Source: Christensenellaceae bacterium (GTDB lineage Bacteria > Bacillota > Clostridia > Christensenellales > Borkfalkiaceae). From it: 48,277 nt of DNA. The position numbers were made by a program, and so were the translations under genes. Location: positions 1 to 48,277 of the forward strand of contig JAZQVG010000167.1 in assembly GCA_045631625.1 (NCBI GenBank), in the 5' to 3' direction. Under the pieces are notes generated by a model. It saw only the letters and a list, made by a program, of their open reading frames with translations, ran no database searches and was not told the DNA's origin. Shown here piece after piece: positions 25,493 through 32,477 of this stretch. Numbering within the stretch: position 1 is the stretch's first letter; the number at the start of each line of letters is the position of its first letter.

Positions 25493-25521
25493 TTGCATTA
25501 TATAATTAAATATGTTATAAT
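25493..25521 (+). promoter_or_regulatory. early promoter
   Basis: TTGCAT(25493-25498), 17-nt spacer, TGtTATAAT (-10 at 25516-25521). Confidence 0.6.
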
Positions 25522-25529
25522 AGTTATAT

Positions 25530-25560
25530 CAGTTAAAGATAAAAAAATCTGCTTTAACTG
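25530..25560 (+). promoter_or_regulatory. perfect 9-bp inverted repeat between promoter and RBS (operator or 5' UTR hairpin)
   Basis: CAGTTAAAG(25530-25538), 13-nt gap, CTTTAACTG(25552-25560). Confidence 0.5.
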
Positions 25561-25575
25561 AAAGGGGTTTTTAAT

Positions 25576-25824
25576 ATGGTAAAAATAACAATTAAGCAAG
25601 ACTCGTTTAACTGCTCATTATCTTATCCGCAAAAAGCAGGCGGAATAATAAACAGCGCACAAGCAGAAGCAAAAGCAATTTTAAAAAAATATGATTATGA
25701 TTATATTTTAATTGTAACGTATTTTTTAGCAAAAGGAGTTGACGGTTTACGCCTTCACTTAAAAAACGACTACGCAAGACAACTAAAAAGCGAAATTAAA
25801 AAAGTATTAAAAATTAAAAAATAA
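25576..25824 (+). CDS. early hypothetical protein
   Basis: 82 aa with AAGGGG RBS. First gene after the early promoter. Confidence 0.6.
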   Translation: MVKITIKQDSFNCSLSYPQKAGGIINSAQAEAKAILKKYDYDYILIVTYFLAKGVDGLRLHLKNDYARQLKSEIKKVLKIKK

Positions 25825-25849
25825 AATTTATTTATAGGACGGTACAAAA

Positions 25850-26179
25850 ATGAAGGTTAAAATCACAAGACAAGAGGCAAGGGGCGAAAGGGCAACAGTT
25901 CAAGCGGGTTATTGTAGTTTACAGTTTTTATTGCGTTATAATAGCGCTTATGGGTATAACTGCGGGATTTACGGTTGGAATTTTGACAGCTACTATATCG
26001 ATGGCGTAGTTATAAATACAGGCTATAGGTCAATGGTTGGGCGTTCGGTTGATTATAAACTTATTGATGAGTACAACGAAAAAGCCCGCAAAATACAATA
26101 TAATCATAAATTGACCTATAATCAACAAAAAGCATACACTAAAAGACTTTTAAACAACTTTATCAAAAAGGCTATTTAA
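25850..26179 (+). CDS. early conserved-looking hypothetical protein
   Basis: 109 aa. The motif GYCSLQFLL...AYGYNCGIYGWNFDSYYI...INTGYR looks like a conserved phage/plasmid family that I cannot name. Confidence 0.6.
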   Translation: MKVKITRQEARGERATVQAGYCSLQFLLRYNSAYGYNCGIYGWNFDSYYIDGVVINTGYRSMVGRSVDYKLIDEYNEKARKIQYNHKLTYNQQKAYTKRLLNNFIKKAI

Positions 26180-26191
26180 GGGGGGCTAAAA

Positions 26192-26365
26192 ATGACAACA
26201 AAACAATATGGTGAATTTGCCTATATTTTAGGCAGTTTTAACGAAATTAAACAATTTTGCGATGCTAACAATTTAACGATGTCAAAAGTCCCACTAGGAC
26301 GATTAACACAAATAGGAAAAGACCTTTTTGAAAATTACAAATATTATACAACGGTAGAAAATTAA
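26192..26365 (+). CDS. small hypothetical protein (57 aa, below ORF-track cutoff)
   Basis: ATG at 26192 with AAGGGGGG RBS, TAA at 26363-26365, followed at once by a terminator. Confidence 0.5.
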   Translation: MTTKQYGEFAYILGSFNEIKQFCDANNLTMSKVPLGRLTQIGKDLFENYKYYTTVEN

Positions 26366-26372
26366 ACCAAGT

Positions 26373-26406
26373 AAAACGGCAAGCCACACGGCGAGCCGTT
26401 TTTTAT
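26373..26406 (+). terminator. rho-independent terminator
   Basis: AAAACGGC(26373-26380), 14-nt loop, GCCGTTTT(26395-26402), running into TTTTATT. Confidence 0.6.
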
Positions 26407-26989
26407 TGCCTTTTTTTAGGTTGCGGAACGCATCGCACCGCCCAAAAATTTGCACTTTTGTAAATTTATTTACTATTTTTAAAAAATAAGCATACCCCCA
26501 AAATAGCAAGTTATTTTACATTTTACTATACATTTTAAAGAGATATAAAAAGATATTTACAAACTTAAAAAAAATGATAATTGATAATAACTAATAAATA
26601 TAAAAAGAAAATAAATAAAAGAAAAGGCTACAAGAAAAATTTTGTTACCGCCAGAGAATAAGAACGGCAAAAACATTTTAAAAAATATTGCTTATATAAT
26701 TATTATAATATAAGGCTAAAAAAACATTGATTTATTAAAGACCGCTAAAAAATTGTTTGATATTATAATATATAAAAAATTAAAAATAAAAAATAACGGC
26801 TTAAACGCCATTTTAACGGCTATTTTAAAAACCTTGATAATTTACCCATAAAAACATATAAAACCGTTTACAAGCCTATTTTAAAGGCTTTAACGCTTAT
26901 ATTATTATATATTATTATTTATAAGCAAACACAAAAAACACTTGCTAAAACTTTACTAAAATTTTTTTAAACTTTTTTGTAAAAAACGC
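26407..26989. other. ~580-bp very AT-rich non-coding tract (candidate origin / regulatory region)
   Basis: No credible ORF (the two track ORFs here lack an RBS and are poly-Phe/Ile/Lys shadows). Long A/T runs are present. It carries motifs shared with 25300-25500 and lies between a terminator and a strong promoter. Confidence 0.5.
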
Positions 26990-27018
26990 TTGACAACTAA
27001 TTGAAATAATGCTATCAT
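26990..27018 (+). promoter_or_regulatory. early promoter, TTGAAATAA-spacer family (copy 1)
   Basis: TTGACAACTAATTGAAATAATGCTATCAT: -35 at 26990-26995, -10 TATCAT at 27013-27018, with TGc. Confidence 0.65.
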
Positions 27019-27080
27019 TATTACACAAGGGCAAGCAAGACCACACAAAATTTAAAACTTGCTTGTAAAGGTGGTACAAA

Positions 27081-27359
27081 ATGAAAACATTTATATATAA
27101 AGTAACAACATACCCAAACAGAACAAGAAACAATCGTGAATTAACAATATATAGAGTAAAAGAAAACATACCTATATATATAGGCTCACACTTTTTCAGT
27201 ATAGGCTCATCAAGGGGCGACCAACACGAAGTATTTAACTATTTAATGGAAAACGGTTATATTCCTAAAAAATACTATAACTCAAGTAAATGTAGTTGGC
27301 GTGGCGGTGGTTATTTTGCTGGCGAAGTAGAAAACTTTTATAGAATTATAGAAGTATAA
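27081..27359 (+). CDS. early hypothetical protein
   Basis: 92 aa with AAGGTGG RBS. Confidence 0.6.
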   Translation: MKTFIYKVTTYPNRTRNNRELTIYRVKENIPIYIGSHFFSIGSSRGDQHEVFNYLMENGYIPKKYYNSSKCSWRGGGYFAGEVENFYRIIEV

Positions 27360-27371
27360 GGCGGTGGAATT

Positions 27372-27575
27372 ATGAGATTTTCAACATTTATACCTTTTTA
27401 TAACAACAAAAACTGCGATACAAGATATTTTGCACATTTAGAAAACGGCAGTAAAAAAGAACTTAAACACGACCACGAAGATATATATTATTATTGTGTG
27501 GATAGAAAAAGAACTTTTGTAAAAATTAGCGGTGGTTTATACAATAGAAAATTTACAATTTTAGGGGTAAACTAA
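27372..27575 (+). CDS. early hypothetical protein
   Basis: 67 aa with an RBS (GGCGGTGG). Confidence 0.55.
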   Translation: MRFSTFIPFYNNKNCDTRYFAHLENGSKKELKHDHEDIYYYCVDRKRTFVKISGGLYNRKFTILGVN

Positions 27576-27661
27576 AAATGCACATACTATTATTTATAGC
27601 GGTGTTTGTTTACACACTTTTTAAAGATTTAAGCAAAATGAAATAAAGGGGCAACGTAAAA

Positions 27662-27943
27662 ATGTTAGCAGAATATAAAAATTATATCATTAAACAAGCG
27701 GAAGAAATGGCAGAAGAATTGATTGCTTGCGGTTGCGTAGGCGAAGAAAAACGGCAAGATTTAATTGACAAGTACACAAAAACGCATTTTGACAAGTTGG
27801 AAAATATTATGCAAAATGGACTTGATTGCGGTGGTATTATGAAAGCGGTTGCAAAAGTTGACGGAATAACGAAAAGTGGCGGAAGATACTACTTTATCGT
27901 AGGCAAGCAATTATTTGATTGTAATTATAAATTATCACAATAA
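27662..27943 (+). CDS. early hypothetical protein
   Basis: 93 aa with AAGGGG RBS. Confidence 0.6.
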   Translation: MLAEYKNYIIKQAEEMAEELIACGCVGEEKRQDLIDKYTKTHFDKLENIMQNGLDCGGIMKAVAKVDGITKSGGRYYFIVGKQLFDCNYKLSQ

Positions 27944-27955
27944 GGAGCAAGGGAA

Positions 27956-28279
27956 ATGCAAAAACTTAAATTATTAGATATTATGGAAAGTTTAGAAGAA
28001 AATGCGAAAGCATATCAAAAGGTACTCGATTTAGAGTTAAATAGCGACACAAGGGCATATTGCTATGCGGACGGATATATTGACGGACTACAAGCGGTTA
28101 GGCAAGCAATCTACGACACTATAATTAAACATATAACAACGCTTGAAAAAGAAACCGATTTACCATTGCGAACACATCAATTTGTTGATAGACAAGAGTT
28201 AGCCGATTGGCACGAAAAATTAGGCACTATTAAAACTATTAACGGAATTAAAGAAATTTTGGGGGTTAAAGACTTATGA
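27956..28279 (+). CDS. early hypothetical protein (DGYI motif, paralog of 28719-28940)
   Basis: 107 aa with AAGGAG RBS. AYCYADGYIDGLQAVRQAIYD is comparable to FNYFDGYITALMGVKAIIEQ in the 28719 product, at the same distance from the N-terminus. Confidence 0.6.
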   Translation: MQKLKLLDIMESLEENAKAYQKVLDLELNSDTRAYCYADGYIDGLQAVRQAIYDTIIKHITTLEKETDLPLRTHQFVDRQELADWHEKLGTIKTINGIKEILGVKDL

Positions 28280-28683
28280 AAGAATACTACAATAAACATT
28301 TAGGTTTTAAATTTTATACATTTAAAGAAGAAGAAAGCAACGGATATTACCGTTTTTGGCTGTGCGATAGCCAAGACCGAATTTGCGATTATATATCTTG
28401 CGATATTATACAAGAGTTAGCCGAAATGGAAAAAATTAGTGAAGAAGAAATGTTGGAGCATTTGCCAAAGGTTTTAGAAGAACAAACAGATTTTGATTGC
28501 TTTATGAATATTATGTGTGCAACATACGACTTTTGCGGAAAAGAAGAAATTGATAAACTTTTAAAAGAATTAGAAATTGAAGAAGATTATGTTGGTTTAA
28601 CGCTTGAAGAAAAAGTTAAAAAATGGTATGAAGAAAACGATTTTTCAAACATTTTTGGAAATTATTTAGTACAATTATATTAA
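28276..28683 (+). CDS. early acidic hypothetical protein
   Basis: 135 aa. ATGA start/stop overlap with the upstream gene. Confidence 0.6.
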   Translation: MKEYYNKHLGFKFYTFKEEESNGYYRFWLCDSQDRICDYISCDIIQELAEMEKISEEEMLEHLPKVLEEQTDFDCFMNIMCATYDFCGKEEIDKLLKELEIEEDYVGLTLEEKVKKWYEENDFSNIFGNYLVQLY

Positions 28684-28718
28684 GATATTATAACAAAATT
28701 ATAACGGTGGTTAGAACT

Positions 28719-28940
28719 ATGGATAAAAAAGAATTATTAACATACATAAACAAAGAACTCTACAACGCTGGCAAAAAAATTAGTGAGTTGCCCGAAGAAT
28801 TTACCTGCATAGAAGAAAGTTTAGACTTTAACTATTTTGATGGCTATATCACGGCTTTAATGGGCGTTAAGGCAATAATTGAACAACAAGACAAAGAAAA
28901 AATAAGCAAATTTTTGTTAAAGCAAAGGGGGTTAAAATGA
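28719..28940 (+). CDS. early hypothetical protein (DGYI motif)
   Basis: The track start at 28707 is GTG. The ATG at 28719 has GGTGG upstream. Confidence 0.55.
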   Translation: MDKKELLTYINKELYNAGKKISELPEEFTCIEESLDFNYFDGYITALMGVKAIIEQQDKEKISKFLLKQRGLK

Positions 28941-29131
28941 TAGAAAAAAGATTTTTTAACGATTATTCGGTTTTAGAAATTGAAAGAAACGGTATGTATG
29001 AATATTATTTAAGCCACAAAGATTATGGAAACCTTTACTTTATGTATGGCACGGAAGAAAAGTGTTTTCCTACACAAACAACGGTATTAGAACACATTAA
29101 AATTGCAAACACACTTGTATTTTGGGGGTAA
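28937..29131 (+). CDS. early hypothetical protein
   Basis: 64 aa. ATGA overlap with the upstream gene, and AAGGGGG RBS. Confidence 0.55.
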   Translation: MIEKRFFNDYSVLEIERNGMYEYYLSHKDYGNLYFMYGTEEKCFPTQTTVLEHIKIANTLVFWG

Positions 29132-29134
29132 ACT

Positions 29135-29299
29135 ATGAAAAATCAACCATTAAAACCTTGTTTAAATTGTATATATTTTAAGGCTTGTGGCGACACTATG
29201 CGAACTCAAAAATGCAATGGAAGAAAAACAAAAAGCGAATTAAAAAAGGAGCGAAAAAATGCAAAAAAAATACAAAGCAATACAAACAAAATCATTTAA
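29135..29299 (+). CDS. possible small Cys-rich protein (54 aa, not in ORF track)
   Basis: ATG 3 nt after the upstream stop, with GGGGG upstream. Sequence MKNQPLKPCLNCIYFKACGDTMRTQKCNG...; it overlaps the next gene by 41 nt, so it is uncertain. Confidence 0.35.
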   Translation: MKNQPLKPCLNCIYFKACGDTMRTQKCNGRKTKSELKKERKNAKKIQSNTNKII

Positions 29300-29633
29300 G
29301 GGTGGACTTGCCGACATTATTGAAGGCAACATTTACCAAGCCGATAAAGACCAAGAATACTTTATCAACGAATTTAACGAAACAATTTACTTGCCAAAAG
29401 AAAAGTTTAGCGAATATTTTAGCATACCGAAAAATGCAAAACAACAACAATACAATAATAAATACGCCAAGAATAATGTTAAGGTGGTTTATTTGCGATT
29501 ATTTCCAAGCGATATAGATATTATCGAGCATTTAGAAAATATTAAAAGCAACGAAAAATCGCCAAGCAAAAACGGTCAGAGCGAATATATTAGAAAACTT
29601 ATTAGAGAAGATATGCAAAGAAAGGGGGAATAA
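29259..29633 (+). CDS. early hypothetical protein
   Basis: 124 aa with AAGGAG RBS. Preferred over the overlapping K-rich frame 29185-29517. Confidence 0.6.
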   Translation: MQKKYKAIQTKSFKGGLADIIEGNIYQADKDQEYFINEFNETIYLPKEKFSEYFSIPKNAKQQQYNNKYAKNNVKVVYLRLFPSDIDIIEHLENIKSNEKSPSKNGQSEYIRKLIREDMQRKGE

Positions 29634-29637
29634 AATT

Positions 29638-29787
29638 ATGAAATTTAGAATTAACTATGACGGAAAATATCAAGATAGTTTTATTATTTACGGAACTACG
29701 ATAGAAGAAATAAGAGAAAAGGCTTACGAAGAGTGTGGAAATCGTGGTTGGGACATAAATTCTTGTTGGAGTGAACAATTAGATTAA
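29638..29787 (+). CDS. small hypothetical protein (49 aa, not in ORF track)
   Basis: ATG at 29638 with AAGGGGG RBS, TAA at 29785-29787. It exactly fills the gap between its neighbours. Confidence 0.5.
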   Translation: MKFRINYDGKYQDSFIIYGTTIEEIREKAYEECGNRGWDINSCWSEQLD

Positions 29788-29808
29788 AAACAAAAGGGGA
29801 ATAAGATT

Positions 29809-30369
29809 ATGGGAACAAGAAATTTAACAATGGTACAAAAAGATAATCAAATTAAAGTTGCACAATACGGACAATGGGACGGCTACCCAAGTGGGCAAGG
29901 CGTAACAATTTTAGAATTTTGTAGGGATAAAGACAACATTGAAAAACTAAACAACAAACTAAACGAAGTGAAATTTTTAGACCAAAACGAAGTTGATAAA
30001 ATCAATTTTAAACTTAAAACCAACGACAAAAAAACTATGCTTTTATATAACACTTTTTGGGATAGAGATATTGGTGGCGAAATTCTTGCAAATATTATAA
30101 ACAAACAAGGAAACATAGGCTTAATAAATAAGTTTTCATTTGGCTACGATAGTTTATTTTGCGAGTGGGCGTATTGTGTAAATTTAGACACTCAAAAGTT
30201 AGAAGTTTATGTAGGTTTTAACGAAAAAAAGTTAAACGAAAACGATAGATTTTACCGTGAAGAAGTAGAAAATGGTTATTATGGCGTAAAACTTATAAAA
30301 GAGTATGACCTTAATAATTTACCAAGCAAACAAGATTTCATAAACGAACTTGAAAAAGAAGAAGATTAA
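29809..30369 (+). CDS. early conserved-looking hypothetical protein
   Basis: 186 aa with AAGGGG RBS. N-terminal GTRNLT...YGQWDGYPSGQG looks like a conserved family that I cannot name. Confidence 0.65.
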   Translation: MGTRNLTMVQKDNQIKVAQYGQWDGYPSGQGVTILEFCRDKDNIEKLNNKLNEVKFLDQNEVDKINFKLKTNDKKTMLLYNTFWDRDIGGEILANIINKQGNIGLINKFSFGYDSLFCEWAYCVNLDTQKLEVYVGFNEKKLNENDRFYREEVENGYYGVKLIKEYDLNNLPSKQDFINELEKEED

Positions 30370-30374
30370 AAACA

Positions 30375-30406
30375 AAAAGGCAGGTTTAACGACTTGCCTT
30401 TTATTA
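30375..30406 (+). terminator. rho-independent terminator (usable in both directions)
   Basis: AAAAGGCAGGT-TTAACG-ACTTGCCTTTT followed by ATT. Flanking A-run and T-run allow termination on either strand. Confidence 0.65.
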
Positions 30407-30507
30407 CGCCCTAAAACCCACGAAAAATCTAAATGCAACTATTTTATCACGAAAAGATTAAACAAGGTTTATAATCGCCTTTTTAGGCTTTAAAACACCA
30501 TTGCACG

Positions 30508-30539
30508 ATAAAAGAAAAGACTACCCCACACGGATAGCC
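30508..30539 (-). terminator. rho-independent terminator of the minus-strand replication operon
   Basis: The minus-strand RNA is GGCUAUC-CGUGUGG-GGUAGUC (2 G-U pairs) followed by UUUUCUUUUAU, after the stop at 30560. Confidence 0.5.
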
Positions 30540-30559
30540 TAATATTTTGTTGCTCCTAT

Positions 30560-30910
30560 TCAAAATTCTACGCCATTTTCTTTTGCAATTTCTTTCAAGT
30601 CGTTTAAAAACTCAAAAATGGTTTTGCTTTCGTATTTATTTTCATAACCATACCAACTATCGACCTTATGTAAAAATTCTTCAATATTGGTTGCTTTTTC
30701 AAAATTACAATTAGGAGTATAACCAAGTTTTTTAAGTTTTTTCAAATACTTATCGGTTAGTTTTACGCCTTTAATTGCTTTCTTATAAGAAATTTTATTA
30801 GGCTTTGCTTTTATTTTAAGGTTTGGCGTATTATCGCTTTCCCACTTTATATCATACTCTAAAACATATAAAAACTTTTTCTTTCCACAAATATTAGTCT
30901 TTACTTCCAT
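30560..30910 (-). CDS. hypothetical protein
   Basis: 116 aa with AAGGGG RBS located inside the upstream gene end. Confidence 0.6.
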   Translation of the reverse strand: MEVKTNICGKKKFLYVLEYDIKWESDNTPNLKIKAKPNKISYKKAIKGVKLTDKYLKKLKKLGYTPNCNFEKATNIEEFLHKVDSWYGYENKYESKTIFEFLNDLKEIAKENGVEF

Positions 30911-31346
30911 TTTTTACCCCTTGCCTTTTCGCACCTTTAAGTAATTCTTCAAAATCGCTATAAGATACACCAAACGATTTCAACAAGCATAACGCCAAGC
31001 CTAATTCTTCGCTAAACTTATCTTCTTTGTCGCACTTGCAAACGTATTTCTTGCCGTCTTTATAAAGCACCGTTGTAGGCTCGTTGAAAATTACTTCGGT
31101 TTTTGGCTCTTTTTGTATTTTAAAAAATGCTACTTTATTATCTAAAATGTTTTTCACTAAATAACATCTATTTACAATATCGCAATTACAAGTAGGTTTA
31201 ATAGGCTTAAATTCAATATCTATTTCCTTATTACGCATAAAAAATAAACTTTCCAACTCGTGCAAATAATTATAATCACACGCAACGCTACAAATAGTTT
31301 TATTTTTAATAGCATTATATTCTATTTCAACAATTTTACCTTTCAT
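30894..31346 (-). CDS. conserved-looking phage hypothetical protein
   Basis: 150 aa. The C-terminal TTVLYKDGKKYVCKCDKEDKFSEELGLALCLLKSFG pattern recurs in many Gram-positive phage proteins of unknown function, as far as I recall. Confidence 0.6.
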   Translation of the reverse strand: MKGKIVEIEYNAIKNKTICSVACDYNYLHELESLFFMRNKEIDIEFKPIKPTCNCDIVNRCYLVKNILDNKVAFFKIQKEPKTEVIFNEPTTVLYKDGKKYVCKCDKEDKFSEELGLALCLLKSFGVSYSDFEELLKGAKRQGVKNGSKD

Positions 31347-31348
31347 AA

Positions 31349-31603
31349 TTATTCTCCCTTTAATTTTTCTTCTAACTCTTTAAAATAATCTTTTATCTTT
31401 TGGTCGTGTTCGCTTATGTGGTTAGTAAAGTCTTTTACTGCTTTGTCTATATTATCTTGTAAACTTTTGACTTGACTATTTTTAACACCAAGCCCCCTAA
31501 ACATACTCACCACCCACTTTTCGTGATAACCAAGCATATTTGCTATTGTGAATATTCTCAAATCAAGCCTTTTCAAAAATTTTTCTTGTTCTAAATCAAT
31601 CAT
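31349..31603 (-). CDS. hypothetical protein
   Basis: 84 aa with AAGGAG RBS. Confidence 0.6.
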   Translation of the reverse strand: MIDLEQEKFLKRLDLRIFTIANMLGYHEKWVVSMFRGLGVKNSQVKSLQDNIDKAVKDFTNHISEHDQKIKDYFKELEEKLKGE

Positions 31604-31607
31604 TTTC

Positions 31608-31925
31608 TTACTCCTTTGTTCTTATAGGCTCTTTATCATAAGGCATAGAACTATAATAAAACTTAATCTCGTTTCCGTTAATAATAACCTTTTGGGCGTT
31701 TTCTACGGCTTTATTCCAATACTCTCTCGCTCCCCTATGTGTTTTTTGCGGATAACTTTCAAGCCCACAATCTTTGCATTTATAAGCGTGTCCGTAAATC
31801 GTGTCATAGGCTCTCACGCTCAACTTTGCACCACAAGGGCATTTTGCCAATGGTATATACTTTTGCTTTTTAACTAATTTATACCCTTGCTTTTCCGCTT
31901 CTAATTTCAATTCTTCATAAGTCAT
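31608..31925 (-). CDS. Lar-like (restriction-alleviation family) zinc-ribbon protein
   Basis: 105 aa. CPCG...17 aa...CKDCG, followed by GAREYWNKAV, matches the Lar pattern CPFCG...C..CG...A...WN.R as I recall it. Confidence 0.45.
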   Translation of the reverse strand: MTYEELKLEAEKQGYKLVKKQKYIPLAKCPCGAKLSVRAYDTIYGHAYKCKDCGLESYPQKTHRGAREYWNKAVENAQKVIINGNEIKFYYSSMPYDKEPIRTKE

Positions 31926-31936
31926 TGTTTGTACTC

Positions 31937-32461
31937 CTATTTATTAACTTTCTCAAAAACTATTTGTTTAGGCAACATACCCTTGCAAACATATACACTT
32001 GAAAATGGTGGGTTAAGGCTTGGCTTTTGTTCTTCATAACTTTTAAAATATGCAATTCTCTTATCAAAATACATAATCTCAAAATCATTGTTAGCAAACA
32101 TATTAAACCTATGCGAACTCTCAAAAAGTCCAACCACACCAACAAGCATAGCAAAAGGCTTGCCTATTTCAAACAATCTCTCAAATACTTTACCTTTAAG
32201 GCTATAAGGTGGGTTGCTAATAATATAATCGCAACTCGGCACTTCGCACTTAAAAAAGTCAAATTCTTCACCCATACTTATATGAGTGTTTATCACTTTA
32301 TACCCCCCCCTAATCAGTTCCTTGACAAAAAGGCTTTCTTCGGTATCAAAAGGACACCAAATCGTGCTATTAGGCTTTATATACTTTAAAATAGGTTCTA
32401 TCGCATATAAAGGCGTATAAAACTCGTCATTTCCACTATTTGCTACTTGGTCTAATTTCAT
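31937..32461 (-). CDS. DNA N6-adenine methyltransferase
   Basis: 174 aa. It has an N-terminal DEFYTP motif and the catalytic NPPY motif (IISNPPYSLKG). It contains a G8 tract on the coding strand. Confidence 0.6.
   Translation of the reverse strand: MKLDQVANSGNDEFYTPLYAIEPILKYIKPNSTIWCPFDTEESLFVKELIRGGYKVINTHISMGEEFDFFKCEVPSCDYIISNPPYSLKGKVFERLFEIGKPFAMLVGVVGLFESSHRFNMFANNDFEIMYFDKRIAYFKSYEEQKPSLNPPFSSVYVCKGMLPKQIVFEKVNK
32303..32310 (-). repeat. G8 homopolymer (C8 on plus strand) inside the adenine MTase ORF
   Basis: Coding strand ATT AGG GGG GGG TAT encodes I-R-G-G-Y. Confidence 0.9.
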
Positions 32462-32477
32462 TGTTTGTAATCTCCCC

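Noticed and set aside
26303-27169. Track ORFs 26303-26509(-) and 26945-27169(-) in the AT-rich tract
   Set aside because: They have no RBS, overlap a terminator and a strong promoter respectively, and have nonsense-like composition. The region is treated as non-coding.
27578-27646. A 22-aa hydrophobic mini-ORF (MHILLFIAVFVYTLFKDLSKMK) filling the gap between two early genes
   Set aside because: It has only a weak RBS (GGGG, 10 nt upstream) and is very short. It cannot be distinguished from chance without ribosome profiling.
29185-29517. Track ORF 29185-29517(+), a K/N-rich alternative frame
   Set aside because: It overlaps ORF 29259-29633, which has a good AAGGAG RBS and normal composition. 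The K-rich frame reflects A-rich DNA.
30436-30449. TGATAAAAT extended -10-like element on the minus strand. With its CTTTTCG spacer it resembles the promoter at 33186-33214, and it faces the bidirectional terminator at 30375-30402, so it could in principle yield a possible ~65-nt RNA
   Set aside because: No acceptable -35 box sits at 16-18 nt, and the resemblance is limited to about 16 nt. This is too speculative to call.
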